A DNA stretch of 64,000 nt from Ignavibacteriota bacterium (GCA_963794025.1 CAWCCK010000014.1:10162-74161); one strand, 5' to 3'. Shown: positions 20,093 through 30,546, numbered from the stretch's first letter. Notes: generated by a model from the letters alone, not told the origin. A program made the numbers and translations.

Positions 20093-20173
20093 GCGGGAGT
20101 GGCGAAATGGCAGACGCACTACTTTGAGGTGGTAGCGCCGCGAGGCATGGGGGTTCAAGTCCCCCCTCCCGCA
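20093..20173 (+). tRNA. tRNA-Leu (anticodon GAG)
   Basis: Acceptor stem GCGGGAG/CTCCCGC, anticodon arm ctact-ttGAGgt-ggtag, variable arm, GGTTCAAGTCC. CCA not encoded. Confidence 0.95.
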
Positions 20174-20185
20174 CTTTTGGAAATT

Positions 20186-20220
20186 ATGAAGTATGAAGTA
20201 TGAAGTATGAAGTATGAATT
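20186..20220. repeat. 7-bp tandem microsatellite (ATGAAGT)4-ATGAATT
   Basis: Direct reading of the sequence. Confidence 0.9.
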
Positions 20221-20285
20221 TTTTTCGTGATTCATACGGAATTGTTATAGAAATTCTAGCGCGAAGCTCAAAAAAAGACACATCG

Positions 20286-20312
20286 TGTCATTCCCGCGAA
20301 TGCGGGAATCCA
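20286..20312. repeat. Short palindromic repeat TGTCATTCCCGCGAATGCGGGAATCCA (RPE-like)
   Basis: Hairpin attcccgc gaat gcgggaat, with the GTCAT start shared by the other repeats. Confidence 0.7.
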
Positions 20313-20321
20313 GGCTTGGGA

Positions 20322-21140
20322 ATGAATCTCAGTTCCCATAACTCTATTGTCTTCAAATCTTCGCGCATTTTCCTCTCTGCGATCTTTTTCGTTTTCCTCC
20401 TACTTGCTCTTCCGAATAAAACGAGTCCCTTTGCATCACGTCCGAAGCTGGATGTCCTTGTGCTCGATGCGGGACATGGTGGGAAGGATTCCGGAGCTAT
20501 CGGTACGAATGGCTATATGGAAAAGCAGGCTACGCTTGCGATCATCCTAAAACTTGGCAAGCTCATCGAAAAAGAACTGCCGGGAGTGAAAGTGGTTTAT
20601 ACTCGTCACGACGATCATTTTGTAGAACTCTATCGCCGTGGTGAAATAGCTAACGAAGCGCATGGGAAGTTATTTATCAGCGTTCATTGCAATTCCACTC
20701 CGCAAAAGCCATCGAACGCAACAGGTTTCACCACCTATTTTTTACGTCCGGGAAAAACAGAAGCGGCCATTCACGTTGCTACGCGAGAGAATGCAGTAAT
20801 AAAATACGAAACCGGTCATCATAAATATGAGAGCTTATCGGATGTCGATTATATTCTTACTTCGATGTCGCGCAATCAGGATGTGAAGTTCAGCGAGAAA
20901 TTTGCATCGCTGGTGCAGCAGGAACTTGGGAGGAAAGTTCACATTCCAGACAATGGCGTTTCGCAAGCCGGATTCCTCGTGCTCATCGGCGCTTCCATGC
21001 CGAATGTGTTGATCGAAACGGGATTCATCAGCAATCCAAAGGAAGAATCGCTGCTCAAAAGCGATGCCGGACAAACGAATTACGCGCGCGGAATTTTTGA
21101 AGCAATTAAAAAATATAAAGCGATCTATGAGCGGTCGTAA
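20322..21140 (+). CDS. N-acetylmuramoyl-L-alanine amidase (Amidase_3)
   Basis: VLDAGHGGKDSGA, EK, LFISVHCNS, MPNVLIETGFISN, plus an N-terminal hydrophobic segment. Start uncertain. Confidence 0.93.
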   Translation: MNLSSHNSIVFKSSRIFLSAIFFVFLLLALPNKTSPFASRPKLDVLVLDAGHGGKDSGAIGTNGYMEKQATLAIILKLGKLIEKELPGVKVVYTRHDDHFVELYRRGEIANEAHGKLFISVHCNSTPQKPSNATGFTTYFLRPGKTEAAIHVATRENAVIKYETGHHKYESLSDVDYILTSMSRNQDVKFSEKFASLVQQELGRKVHIPDNGVSQAGFLVLIGASMPNVLIETGFISNPKEESLLKSDAGQTNYARGIFEAIKKYKAIYERS

Positions 21141-22549
21141 TATGTGGTCACTATTGTAAGAACTGTCATTGCGAGGAGAATCGAACGACCGGAGGGAGTT
21201 CGATTCGACGAAGCAATCTCATGCGTTGAACCAAGAGATTGCTTCGTCGAAATTGACATTGTTGGATTTAGAAGTGGAGCAATTTCCTCAACAATTCGTT
21301 CCGTCGCACCCTGATTTTCCTCAACAAAATGTGAAGCCTTTTCGCCTGCTGATCGGCGAAGATCCTCTGACTGCACAAGCCGCCAGAACGCAAAATCAAA
21401 TTCTGCTTTGCTCGTTACCTCGAACGCGGCGAGGCGATCGATCAACTCCTGCACTTCGCGGGATTTTTTATGCTTTGGCCCCACAATGGTTGGGATACCC
21501 CAAACAGCCGCTTCGAGAATGTTGTGCAACCCCGCTCCAAATCCCCCTCCGATCATTGCTACATCTGCACAGCGATAAAATGAAAATAATTTGCCGATCG
21601 AATCGACTATTATGACAGGTTCCTCTTGCCACTCTCCAATTTCGGAAAATCGAATAGCCTTGCCGGGAAATAGCGCGAGCACTGCACGCACATGCTGCTC
21701 GGTGGGTTCATGTGGCGCAATAACAGTCAAGATATTATCCCCGCGCTCGACGCTTTTTTTGAGCGTATCTGCATAAATTGCTTCGTCGCTCTCCCAGGAA
21801 CTTCCTATCACCAAAATAAGAGTTCCCTGCTCTGTAACGCTTGCGCGAATTCGTTCCGGCAGCAGTTGTTCTCCAGCTTGAGCCAATGCATCTCGACGCA
21901 TCAACACCTGATCGAAGCGCGTATCGCCCGCAACGATCACATTGTTTGAATCAACGCCAACTTTCTCGAAACGCATTTTATCTTCATCGGAAATGGTGAG
22001 AATTTTCGTCAGGCTGCGGAACACATTTTTGTATAGTGTACTCACGACCGGCAGCGTTCGGCCAGAACGTTCCGAAGCGGTCGCGGCAAAAAGGATAGAT
22101 GGGATTTTTCTTCGTTTGAGTTCCTCGGCCATATTCGGCCACACGTCATAGCGGGTAAAAAGCGCGAGATCGGGCTTTGCATTATCGAGAAATGAAGCAA
22201 CCTCACTTTGGCGATCGATCGGTGCATACGAAATGAAATCGGCATCAGGATATTTCCCGATCACATTCTCGTACCCACTCGGCGAGAAAAAGGTAAGATG
22301 AATATGAGCGTTGGGAAACCTTTTTTTAATCTCTGCAATAACCGGTTTGGCTTGTTCGAGTTCCCCGAACGATGCAGCGTGAATAAGGATGCGATGCCCA
22401 ATAATCTTCGCATGTTTATAATGATTGCGTGTATCTTCGAGAAGCGTTTTTCTCCCCAAAAAAGCGCGCCGAAGTTTGGGATTGAACAGCGCAATGAACC
22501 GCACAACCGGAAGCAGCAGCGTAATCAGAACATTGTATAGCGCAAGCAT
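21125..22549 (-). CDS. waaA: 3-deoxy-D-manno-octulosonic acid (Kdo) transferase
   Basis: HAASFGE, TFFSPSG, YAPID, WPN, GDTRFD, DSIGKL, HNILEAA. Confidence 0.93.
   Translation of the reverse strand: MLALYNVLITLLLPVVRFIALFNPKLRRAFLGRKTLLEDTRNHYKHAKIIGHRILIHAASFGELEQAKPVIAEIKKRFPNAHIHLTFFSPSGYENVIGKYPDADFISYAPIDRQSEVASFLDNAKPDLALFTRYDVWPNMAEELKRRKIPSILFAATASERSGRTLPVVSTLYKNVFRSLTKILTISDEDKMRFEKVGVDSNNVIVAGDTRFDQVLMRRDALAQAGEQLLPERIRASVTEQGTLILVIGSSWESDEAIYADTLKKSVERGDNILTVIAPHEPTEQHVRAVLALFPGKAIRFSEIGEWQEEPVIIVDSIGKLFSFYRCADVAMIGGGFGAGLHNILEAAVWGIPTIVGPKHKKSREVQELIDRLAAFEVTSKAEFDFAFWRLVQSEDLRRSAGEKASHFVEENQGATERIVEEIAPLLNPTMSISTKQSLGSTHEIASSNRTPSGRSILLAMTVLTIVTTYYDRS
21164..21258. repeat. REP-like palindrome (TGTCATTGCGAGGAG family) inside the 3' end of the waaA ORF
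   Basis: tgtcattgcgaggag...cgacgaagcaatctc...gagattgcttcgtcg, as in 39501..39642. Confidence 0.8.
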
Positions 22550-22584
22550 TGCAGGACGGAGATGGATGATGAAATTCTCAAACT

Positions 22585-22615
<31 letters not shown>

Positions 22616-23494
22616 TCAAACGTGCCGCTCCGCATGATAGGAACTACGCACGAGCGGCCCGGCCTCGACGATACGAAATCCCATTTCGATCCCAATATCG
22701 TGAAGTTCCCGAAATTCATCCGGATGCACGAAGCGATGCACCGGCAAATGTTCCTTCGATGGTTGCAGATATTGCCCGAGCGTGAGAATATCTACTTTGA
22801 GTCCAGAAAGATCGCTCATCACCCGAAGAAGCTCCTCGCGCGGCTCGCCCAAACCAAGCATGATGCCCGTCTTGGTATTAAAACCCGCTTCCTTCGCACG
22901 GCGCAATACTTTGAGCGACCATTCATATTTCGCTTGCGGACGCACAGTGCGATACAAGCTGGGAACCGTCTCGGTATTGTGATTGAGAATATCCGGTTTA
23001 GCATCTAAGATTCTATCGAGCGATTCGTCTTTGCCTTTGAAATCAGGAATCAGCACTTCGATCGTAGTTCCCGGATTTTGCCGACGCACTTCGCGGATGG
23101 TTTCCGCAAAAATCGTGGAACCGCCATCTTTCAGTTCATCGCGATTCACGCTGGTGATGACGGCGTGCTTCACGCCCATATCGCGCACCGCTTCGGCAAC
23201 GTGCAGCGGTTCATCCAGATCGAGCACGGTTGGCCGACCCGTTTTTACCGCGCAAAACCCACACGAGCGCGTGCAGGTATCGCCCAAGATCATGAAGGTT
23301 GCGGTTCCCGCGTTCCAGCATTCGGCCATGTTCGGGCACCGCGCTTCTTCGCAGACGGTGTGCAGGCTCTTCGAGCGCATGAGCTGTTTCAAATGATGAA
23401 ACGTCTCGCCCGTCGGGATTTTCACCTTCAGCCAGTCGGGTCGCGGCTCGCGGATGGGCCGCGCCGCTTCGGTTATGGGGAGTTCCAAAAGCAT
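22616..23494 (-). CDS. lipA: Lipoyl synthase
   Basis: [12 protein letters not shown] and CTRSCGFC motifs; RSSYHA. Confidence 0.98.
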   Translation of the reverse strand: MLLELPITEAARPIREPRPDWLKVKIPTGETFHHLKQLMRSKSLHTVCEEARCPNMAECWNAGTATFMILGDTCTRSCGFCAVKTGRPTVLDLDEPLHVAEAVRDMGVKHAVITSVNRDELKDGGSTIFAETIREVRRQNPGTTIEVLIPDFKGKDESLDRILDAKPDILNHNTETVPSLYRTVRPQAKYEWSLKVLRRAKEAGFNTKTGIMLGLGEPREELLRVMSDLSGLKVDILTLGQYLQPSKEHLPVHRFVHPDEFRELHDIGIEMGFRIVEAGPLVRSSYHAERHV

Positions 23495-23574
23495 TGTGGC
23501 CGGTAAACAAATGCGAGGCAGATTACGTTTGGTTATTCAATCTATGTGACAATGAAGGGCAACCTTGTCAAAGT

Positions 23575-24081
23575 ATGCTAAAATTGCTGATTTTCCTTTG
23601 CTTCTTGATTACTCTACCGAGTAGTGGTTTCGCGCAATTTCGGGATTCAACTTCAAAAGTGGGAATAATTCATTCGATGCCTCACGAAGATTCAATTTTC
23701 GGCAAAGACGGTTCCATCCCTCATGCAGGTGACATTGGTCTGCAGTTCCTTGCGGGCGAAGCGGCATTCAATATAACTTCGTTCAGTCTCTGGGGAAATG
23801 ATCTATACAAGCCTTCAAGTGATAATGAATTAGGAGTGATAGGGCTTTTAGCTTCTACTATGACAGTTCCATTAGCGATTTACTTTAGTTCCGAATTATT
23901 AGGGTTAAACGATGGGTCAATGGTATATTCGATTGCAGGCGCAGCATTCGGTTTGTTGGTTGCAAGCCCTGCGCTCCTTCTAAGTGGCATAATTCCAAAA
24001 ACGTATCTTGGTGCCTATTTGGGATTTTCACTACCCATTATCGCATTTGCGCAATTGTTGTACGATTTCTCAATCAAATAA
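23575..24081 (+). CDS. Hypothetical membrane protein
   Basis: Signal peptide plus 3-4 hydrophobic helices; AT-rich. No family recognised. Confidence 0.6.
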   Translation: MLKLLIFLCFLITLPSSGFAQFRDSTSKVGIIHSMPHEDSIFGKDGSIPHAGDIGLQFLAGEAAFNITSFSLWGNDLYKPSSDNELGVIGLLASTMTVPLAIYFSSELLGLNDGSMVYSIAGAAFGLLVASPALLLSGIIPKTYLGAYLGFSLPIIAFAQLLYDFSIK

Positions 24082-24126
24082 GAGGTGCATTTTTCGTGCG
24101 CGTGATTAATGACCGCCGTAAGTTCC

Positions 24127-26202
24127 CTACTGCTTCACGATCGTAAACTCGACCCTCCGGTTTTGCTGGCGGTTGGCTTCGGTATCGTTCGCGGCAACGG
24201 GTTTTGATTCCCCAAAGCCTTTTGTACGAAGCCGCGTATTAGTAATTCCTTTGCTAATGAGATAGCTTTGCACCGCCAACGCGCGTGCGGCAGAAAGCTG
24301 CATATTCCCGGCAGGAGTTCCCACGTTATCCGTATGTCCTTCGATCATTATTTCCATGTTGGGATTATCCTTCAACATGGTGACGACCCGGTCAAGCTCG
24401 GTGAAAGATTCCGGCCTGAGATCGGCTTTTGCGGTTTCGAAGAAGATATTATTCAGCCGAACGGTCTCGCCCTTTTCTAATGGAATGAGGGTCAGATCGC
24501 GCTCTAACTCCTGATAGGTATCGGCTTTTGTTAGATCGAGATTTTGGCTCACGGGAACATAACCCGGCGCTTCGGCGCGGTAACCATAATTTTCGCCGGC
24601 GGGCAGCGTGATCTTATACGCTCCGGTTCCCGGACTGGTTCGCGCGCTGCCAATTTCCTTCCCAGATTCCAGATTTTCATATTTGATCTCCGCCATGACC
24701 GGTTTGCCGGTTTTCGCATCGAGCACATTACCGCTCACGAGCACCACCGGCGCAGGCCGCAGCGATTCGGGAAGTTTTACGCGAAAAATATCGCCTTGCC
24801 CAAGCGAGTTTTCTGTCGATACAAAATAGGCATACTCGCCGGAAGCCGGCACGGTATAATACGCATCCCATCCCGGCGTGTTAAGTTGCGGGCCGAGATT
24901 TTCCGGTTCGCTCCAATGCTGCCAGGTGGAATCCAACCGGCGCGTGATATACATATCCATCGAGCCATATCCGGCAAAACCATCGGAAGCAAAATACAGC
25001 GTCTTTCCATCGGATGCGAGAAATGGCGTAGCCTCATCAGCTGCGGAGTTCACATCCGGACCAAGATTTTTCGGAGCCGACCACGTTCCATCCGGCTGAA
25101 GAAAGCTCACATACAAATCCTTCCCACCGTGGGAATCTCTTCTGTCTAAACTCAAAATGATCGTTCGGCCATCGTTCGAAAGACAAAATTCCACATACGC
25201 GGCGTTGGTATAGTAGTCATTGACGACCACTTTCTCCGGATAGCTCCATCCATCGGTGATGCGATGGGTAAGCCACAGCCCAAATTCACCGGCGATTTCA
25301 TTACCCTTTGGCTCATATCTGCCACCAAGCAGCAGCGTATTCCCATCCGGCGTAACGCTGGCTGCGAACGAGCCTAGCCCATTATTCAACATCGGCCCGA
25401 TATTTTTCAGCGACATCCAGTTCCCATCGGCGTCCTGCGTAGAATACCAGATGTTATCGACATTATTGGGATCGAGCCGCGCACCGGGTTTCCGGTAATT
25501 TTGCGGATGATTTTTACGATCGACATACAGCGTTTTACCATCCGGCGAAATGACGGGCAACACTTCATCATAGATAGAATTGATGTTCGGCCCAAGGCTT
25601 TCGCGCGGCCCGACGGTCACATTTTTTGCTACGTTGATCTCCGCCTCTATCTTTTCGTGAGAATCGGAGATCGCGATCGCGTCAATTTCATTCTGCCCCG
25701 GCAATAGTCCCGGCTGCGTCACGATCTCGACTGCGCTTACCGCATACGCTGTGCGAGTAGCAAAAATCCAATGCGATACTTTTGCATCGATGATATCATA
25801 GTGAGGATGATAGACAGCAGAATCGCGCCTGCGATCCTCATTATCGAACAGGATAATTTTTTCAATAGCACCTGGATAAAAATTTTCTGCGACAGCCACT
25901 TGCTGGATCTTCATCGGCTCATCGAAGCTAACTTTGATCCATTCTTCATGCGGCCCTTCGTTCGGCGGCGTCATGGGAACCCACGCGCACGGACTATCGC
26001 CCGTCGCCGGACATTTATTGGGAACCCCAAGCGCCTGCTCGGCGCTGTATTGTTTTGCGCTGCGTTGCGAGGAATAATCCAATACCTGATCCGCCCACTC
26101 GACATGCTGCGCGAACAACGGAGTTTGTAGAAGGACAAGCAACAGCGGACTCCGCCGAATCCATCGCGGAAGTGTTACCTTGCGTGTGCAAAAAAGCATC
26201 AA
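24127..26202 (-). CDS. OmpA-family peptidoglycan-binding protein with PD40 propeller (PorE-like)
   Basis: PD40 repeats PVISPDGKTLY and PFLASDGKTLYFAS; carboxypeptidase-regulatory-like domain; IEGHTDNVG..LSAARA..NRRVEF. Confidence 0.9.
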   Translation of the reverse strand: MMLFCTRKVTLPRWIRRSPLLLVLLQTPLFAQHVEWADQVLDYSSQRSAKQYSAEQALGVPNKCPATGDSPCAWVPMTPPNEGPHEEWIKVSFDEPMKIQQVAVAENFYPGAIEKIILFDNEDRRRDSAVYHPHYDIIDAKVSHWIFATRTAYAVSAVEIVTQPGLLPGQNEIDAIAISDSHEKIEAEINVAKNVTVGPRESLGPNINSIYDEVLPVISPDGKTLYVDRKNHPQNYRKPGARLDPNNVDNIWYSTQDADGNWMSLKNIGPMLNNGLGSFAASVTPDGNTLLLGGRYEPKGNEIAGEFGLWLTHRITDGWSYPEKVVVNDYYTNAAYVEFCLSNDGRTIILSLDRRDSHGGKDLYVSFLQPDGTWSAPKNLGPDVNSAADEATPFLASDGKTLYFASDGFAGYGSMDMYITRRLDSTWQHWSEPENLGPQLNTPGWDAYYTVPASGEYAYFVSTENSLGQGDIFRVKLPESLRPAPVVLVSGNVLDAKTGKPVMAEIKYENLESGKEIGSARTSPGTGAYKITLPAGENYGYRAEAPGYVPVSQNLDLTKADTYQELERDLTLIPLEKGETVRLNNIFFETAKADLRPESFTELDRVVTMLKDNPNMEIMIEGHTDNVGTPAGNMQLSAARALAVQSYLISKGITNTRLRTKGFGESKPVAANDTEANRQQNRRVEFTIVKQ

Positions 26203-26235
26203 TAAACGAAAGAAACTATGAGTCTTTAAAAGAAA

Positions 26236-26430
26236 CTATGGGAGGTCTTTAAATTGTGCGTCGCGAGCGCTTGTGCGGTCGAGCTTAGATTGCGAATGGG
26301 CTTCGCGTTGCTTGTGCTCGCGCCGCTCGCGATCTCGCTCGTCATACCCGCGCTGGATCGGAGCGACAATGCGCCGAAATGCGAGATAAAGAATAAATGC
26401 TGCTATGAACAGTTCGAAAAAACGCGCCAT
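26236..26430 (-). CDS. Small single-pass membrane protein
   Basis: N-terminal TM helix, charged tail ending DAQFKDLP; co-oriented with neighbouring genes. Confidence 0.65.
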   Translation of the reverse strand: MARFFELFIAAFILYLAFRRIVAPIQRGYDERDRERREHKQREAHSQSKLDRTSARDAQFKDLP

Positions 26431-26478
26431 TTGTTTCAGAACAAATAGCCGAGGAAAAACGTCAACACGAGGATGAAA

Positions 26479-27141
26479 TTACTCGGCAGCTCCCGGCGTG
26501 AACATCGGCACAGGCCGCGGCGACGTCATATACTCGACGGGCGGAGCGGGGTCGCGATAAATGGCTTCGAGCAAGAGTTCGACTAATTCCGGATGGATCT
26601 TATAATCCACTTGCTCAGTATCGATCACGATAAGCCGCGAAGCGCGATAGTGGAAAAAATAGTCGTTGTAGGTTTGAACGACGTCCGATAGATATTCGGG
26701 AGAGATATGTCCTTCAAAAATACGGCCTCGATCTTGGATCGCGTCCATCAGCTTGGGAACGCTTCCCTGAAGATAAATAACGACGTCCGGAACAGGAATC
26801 TTTTTTCCAAGCGTCCGCTCGATCTCATCGTAGAGATGAAGTTCTTCATCGCTAAGATTGATCGAAGCGAACATCCGATCCTTCGCAAAAAGATAATCGC
26901 TGACGACGTTTTCGTAAAACAGATCGGTTTGCAAGAGCGCCTGCTGTTGCCGAAACCGCGAAAGCAGAAAAAAGAGCTGCGTCTGAAACGCATAGCGCTT
27001 CCGGTCGGCGTAAAATTCTGCGAGGAACGGATTTTCCTCGTATTCTTCAAGCAAAAGTTTCGCTCCCAGCCGCTCAGCGAGCAGCACGGCAAGCGTAGTC
27101 TTTCCTGCTCCGATCGGCCCTTCGATAGTGATGTAGCTCAC
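26479..27141 (-). CDS. Deoxynucleoside kinase (dCK/dGK family)
   Basis: IEGPIGAGKTT, ENPFLAEFY, FQTQLFFLLSRFRQ. Confidence 0.95.
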   Translation of the reverse strand: MSYITIEGPIGAGKTTLAVLLAERLGAKLLLEEYEENPFLAEFYADRKRYAFQTQLFFLLSRFRQQQALLQTDLFYENVVSDYLFAKDRMFASINLSDEELHLYDEIERTLGKKIPVPDVVIYLQGSVPKLMDAIQDRGRIFEGHISPEYLSDVVQTYNDYFFHYRASRLIVIDTEQVDYKIHPELVELLLEAIYRDPAPPVEYMTSPRPVPMFTPGAAE

Positions 27142-27165
27142 GAATTCCTGATTGACAATTTTAAG

Positions 27166-27675
27166 TTACAAAGTATAGGCAGTTGTTCTCACGCCGGTCG
27201 TATCGACGCCGAGAAGCAGTTCTGAAACACTTTTTTTTAAGACTGGGTGCATAAAATTTGGAGCGATCTCGGACATCGGCACCAAAACGAATGCCCGGCG
27301 ATGAAGCTCCGCATGAGGGATAGTTAGCGTGAGGCTATCAAGTACAAGATCACCGTAAAAAAGCAGATCGAGATCGATCTCCCGTTCATGCCAGCGCGGG
27401 CGTTCTTTCCTTCCCACCGTTCTTTCTAATTTTTTTAGGATATGAAATAATTCAAGCGGATCAATCTCGGTTTGCAATTCAACAACAGCATTCAAATAAT
27501 CGGATTGAGGAGTATCGCCGACAGGATCCGTTTCATAAATGGAACTTACGCGAACAATTTCTCCCATCTCGCGCAAACCCTTCATCGCAGCTTTCAGATA
27601 TTCCAAACGCGGCTCCAGATTTGAGCCAAGTCCGATAAATACGCTTGCGGCTTCAGAACTAATACGCTCATTCAT
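27166..27675 (-). CDS. folK: 2-amino-4-hydroxy-6-hydroxymethyldihydropteridine diphosphokinase
   Basis: IGLGSNL, SSIYET, YLNAV, REIDLDLL, PHAELHRRAFVLVP. Confidence 0.96.
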   Translation of the reverse strand: MNERISSEAASVFIGLGSNLEPRLEYLKAAMKGLREMGEIVRVSSIYETDPVGDTPQSDYLNAVVELQTEIDPLELFHILKKLERTVGRKERPRWHEREIDLDLLFYGDLVLDSLTLTIPHAELHRRAFVLVPMSEIAPNFMHPVLKKSVSELLLGVDTTGVRTTAYTL

Positions 27676-27676
27676 G

Positions 27677-28033
27677 TTAGTTCTTTGTTTTCCGGCATTC
27701 GATCTCGACCGTGTCTAAAATAGCTCCCAATGCCGCGCCGGGTTTTCGCACACGAACGATTACTTCTCTAACTGGGAATTTAACAAGCAATGCGGTTGCA
27801 ATGCTATCGGCAAGCGTTTCAACCAAATGAAAGCGACTCGAAGTAGCGACCGCAGTTACCTCCTGCTGGACACTGACATAATCAATGGTATCGGAAAGCT
27901 CATCGCTTTTTATAGCGGTATCCAGCGCGGCATCTAATTCCACATCGATCTCGAATCGCGTACCACGCTCGCGCTCGTAATCGTGAACGCCGTGGTATGC
28001 ATAGACTTGGATATTTTTTAATCGGATCCACAT
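27677..28033 (-). CDS. folB: Dihydroneopterin aldolase
   Basis: YAYHGVHDYER, SDELSDTIDY, LVETLA, VRVRKP. Confidence 0.95.
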   Translation of the reverse strand: MWIRLKNIQVYAYHGVHDYERERGTRFEIDVELDAALDTAIKSDELSDTIDYVSVQQEVTAVATSSRFHLVETLADSIATALLVKFPVREVIVRVRKPGAALGAILDTVEIECRKTKN

Positions 28034-28103
28034 TGGGCGATGATGAATTATGAATGATAAATTATGAAATTTGAATTCACTCTTTTGTAATTATGCTTTG
28101 ATA

Positions 28104-29972
28104 TTAAAACCCAAATTCTCCCCATCTTGAATCTACTCTTTTAATAATTTCTTCCGACATGATGCACGGATTCGGATAACCCGGTTTCCACGTTGCGTCG
28201 ATCCCCATAATTCCTTCATAGATCGGTGAGATATTTGCTAACGTCGAGCGCGTGAACATCACATCTCGCGCGGCATCGAAGCGTGTGAAAATTCCCCAAA
28301 TAGTTTCCATCTCGCTGGAAAGATCGACGTCCTCGCTGACAGCGGCAACAATCTTAACGCCTTTGGGTAATTTTTCTATATTTGTATTGGCTATTAATTG
28401 TTCGATGACTTCCCTTCCAATAGTCTTTTCCTGAGCGTCACCGATTGCAGAATTTGTAGTGGCAGCAATTTTTACAACAAGTAAAACATCCTCCAATACC
28501 TTCCATTCTTGAATTCTATAATTCAGATTTTTCGGATCTTCAGGCGTTTTACCGGTTCGCGCAAAACAATCACTCGGTTTTCGTTCCGGATATTTTCCTC
28601 CGCTCGATGTTGCAGAAAGTTTTTCTGTGGCATCGAGCAGCATTTTGCTTCCCATGTTCATTGTGTAGCTTGTAAAATCAAGCGTATCCATGGCGGTGTT
28701 AGAGAGCAGTAGAAAATCATAGCGCGGATCGAAGTGATCGCGAATAGCGCGAAGCAGCGCCCGAAAACTGCGCGTCTCGACATTATTGCTCACCACAATC
28801 GAGCATTTGGTGAGAGAAAGCTGCCCATCGGACATAGTTCCGAGCGCGGCTTTCATGGCCTCTTTTGCATAGCGCTCCTTAGCTCGAATGCCAAGTAAAT
28901 TGTGGAACCCCGCTTCGTAAAAAGCCCAAACCGATTCTATATCGGGATGAATAAGCCGTGCAAGTGGGCCGAGGATTTGCTGGTTCGCATCGCCAAGCCA
29001 TTTGTCTTCCATCGGTGGCTTGCCAACCACCGTTGCAGCGAAAACAGGTTTTGCTAAATGCGTGATCGCGCAAATATGGAACACGGGAAACATTCCCGCA
29101 TGAGAATAATGTCCGAAATGATCGCCAAACGGCCCCTCTAATCGCCGGTCGATGGGTGGAACGATTCCTTCTATGATAAATTCTGCATGTGCCGGAACAT
29201 CAATAGAAATAGAAGTTCCCCTTTGCATTGATGTTGGGCGTCCTCGCAAGAAGCCCGCGAACATTACTTCGTCAATCCCCTCTGGCAACGGGGCTATCGT
29301 TGCAAGTAGCAGCGCAGGGTCGGTTCCCACTGCAACAGCCACTTCGAGCGGCACACCCATCGCTTCCGCTTGATGGTAATGAAACCCGCCACCCTTCTGA
29401 ATTTGCCAGTGCATTCCCGCTTCCGATGCGGCATATATTTGCATGCGATACATTCCCAGATTCCGTTTTCCGGTTTTAGGATCATAGGTAAACACTTGCG
29501 GCAACGTGATAAACTTCCCGGCATCCTCTGGCCACGTTTGAAGGATTGGGAGTTTTGTAAGATCAGGTTCCATTGTTTGCCTTTGAATTTCAGACCCAGA
29601 TTTTCTCATGCGAGCAGCAAGTAAGCGAGAAAAGATCGGCTTCCCGGCATTCCATATAGTTCGCGGTTTGGGCGGAAGCACCTGCTCTGCAAAATGAACG
29701 AGCGATTCACCTAAATGTTCCGGATGCGTTCCCAGCGCAAGTTCTATCCGACGGTCGCTGGATAGTACATTCATCGCTAATGGGAACCGAGAACCTTTTA
29801 TGTTCTCAAACAGCAATGCTTTCGACTTTCCTTCCCGCATAGCACGAACTGCAATTTCCGGCCCTTCAAGGAACGGGTCAACTTCCGCGGTGATGCGATG
29901 CAGTTCACCCTCGCGCTCTAAGCGCGTCAAGAATTGCGAGAGCGTGTCGAAGCCGCGTTCCTGTGAAGCCAT
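28104..29972 (-). CDS. ubiD: UbiD-family menaquinone biosynthesis decarboxylase (MqnL-type)
   Basis: NLGMYRMQ, MHWQIQK, EGPFGDHFGHYS, VVGKPPMED. Long form, adjacent to ubiX and mqnP. Confidence 0.88.
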   Translation of the reverse strand: MASQERGFDTLSQFLTRLEREGELHRITAEVDPFLEGPEIAVRAMREGKSKALLFENIKGSRFPLAMNVLSSDRRIELALGTHPEHLGESLVHFAEQVLPPKPRTIWNAGKPIFSRLLAARMRKSGSEIQRQTMEPDLTKLPILQTWPEDAGKFITLPQVFTYDPKTGKRNLGMYRMQIYAASEAGMHWQIQKGGGFHYHQAEAMGVPLEVAVAVGTDPALLLATIAPLPEGIDEVMFAGFLRGRPTSMQRGTSISIDVPAHAEFIIEGIVPPIDRRLEGPFGDHFGHYSHAGMFPVFHICAITHLAKPVFAATVVGKPPMEDKWLGDANQQILGPLARLIHPDIESVWAFYEAGFHNLLGIRAKERYAKEAMKAALGTMSDGQLSLTKCSIVVSNNVETRSFRALLRAIRDHFDPRYDFLLLSNTAMDTLDFTSYTMNMGSKMLLDATEKLSATSSGGKYPERKPSDCFARTGKTPEDPKNLNYRIQEWKVLEDVLLVVKIAATTNSAIGDAQEKTIGREVIEQLIANTNIEKLPKGVKIVAAVSEDVDLSSEMETIWGIFTRFDAARDVMFTRSTLANISPIYEGIMGIDATWKPGYPNPCIMSEEIIKRVDSRWGEFGF

Positions 29973-29973
29973 G

Positions 29974-30546
29974 TTATTCTAATTCCTCCGAGCGCCATCC
30001 TTTGCCGGATTCGACGCCAACTGCATTGAGAACTTTATCTACAAAACCCTGAACGTATTCTTCCACCGTCGCGGGAACAAAATAAAGCGGCGGCGAAATG
30101 GGCATTATTATCACGCCATCGGCAGAAAGCTCGGCGCATTGACGAAGTGTGACAGTTGAAAGCGGCGTTTCCCGAACGCAAAGAATCAGCTTTCTCCGTT
30201 CTTTCAAGCACACTGCTGCTGCGCGCGTGATAAGAGTATCTCCAATGCCGGACGCGATCTTGCCGATCGTGCTTGTGGAGGCGGGAATGATTACCAGCGC
30301 ATCGATGTGGTTCGTTCCCGAAGCAAGTGGTGCGGTAAGATCGGAATCAGAGAATATTTTCTTGCAAAATGGCACGACCGCAGCAACGGGGTCGGCTAAG
30401 GCAAGTTCATCTTTCATCACCGCTTTACCCCATTTCGAAAACACAACATATTTATCGAGCGGGCACCGTTTTAAAAAGTCCATAGCATACACGGCGCCGC
30501 TCGATCCGGTAATGCCGATAGCAATTCTTCTCGGACGTTCGTTCAT
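29974..30546 (-). CDS. ubiX: Flavin prenyltransferase UbiX
   Basis: GITGSSGA, APLASG, RAAAVCLKERRKLILCVRETP. Confidence 0.93.
   Translation of the reverse strand: MNERPRRIAIGITGSSGAVYAMDFLKRCPLDKYVVFSKWGKAVMKDELALADPVAAVVPFCKKIFSDSDLTAPLASGTNHIDALVIIPASTSTIGKIASGIGDTLITRAAAVCLKERRKLILCVRETPLSTVTLRQCAELSADGVIIMPISPPLYFVPATVEEYVQGFVDKVLNAVGVESGKGWRSEELE

Noticed and set aside
7040..20173. Prophage or integrative island anchored at tRNA-Leu
   Set aside because: No integrase, phage genes or duplicated tRNA 3' end were seen, and hemF lies inside the interval.
20214..20321. Repeat-encoded N-terminal extension of the amidase
   Set aside because: The upstream ATG is part of the heptamer microsatellite. 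The downstream ATG at 20322 precedes the signal-like segment.
26209..26253. Short tandem duplication aaagaaactatg..gtctttaaa
   Set aside because: Only two imperfect copies overlapping a stop codon; most simply a local slippage event.
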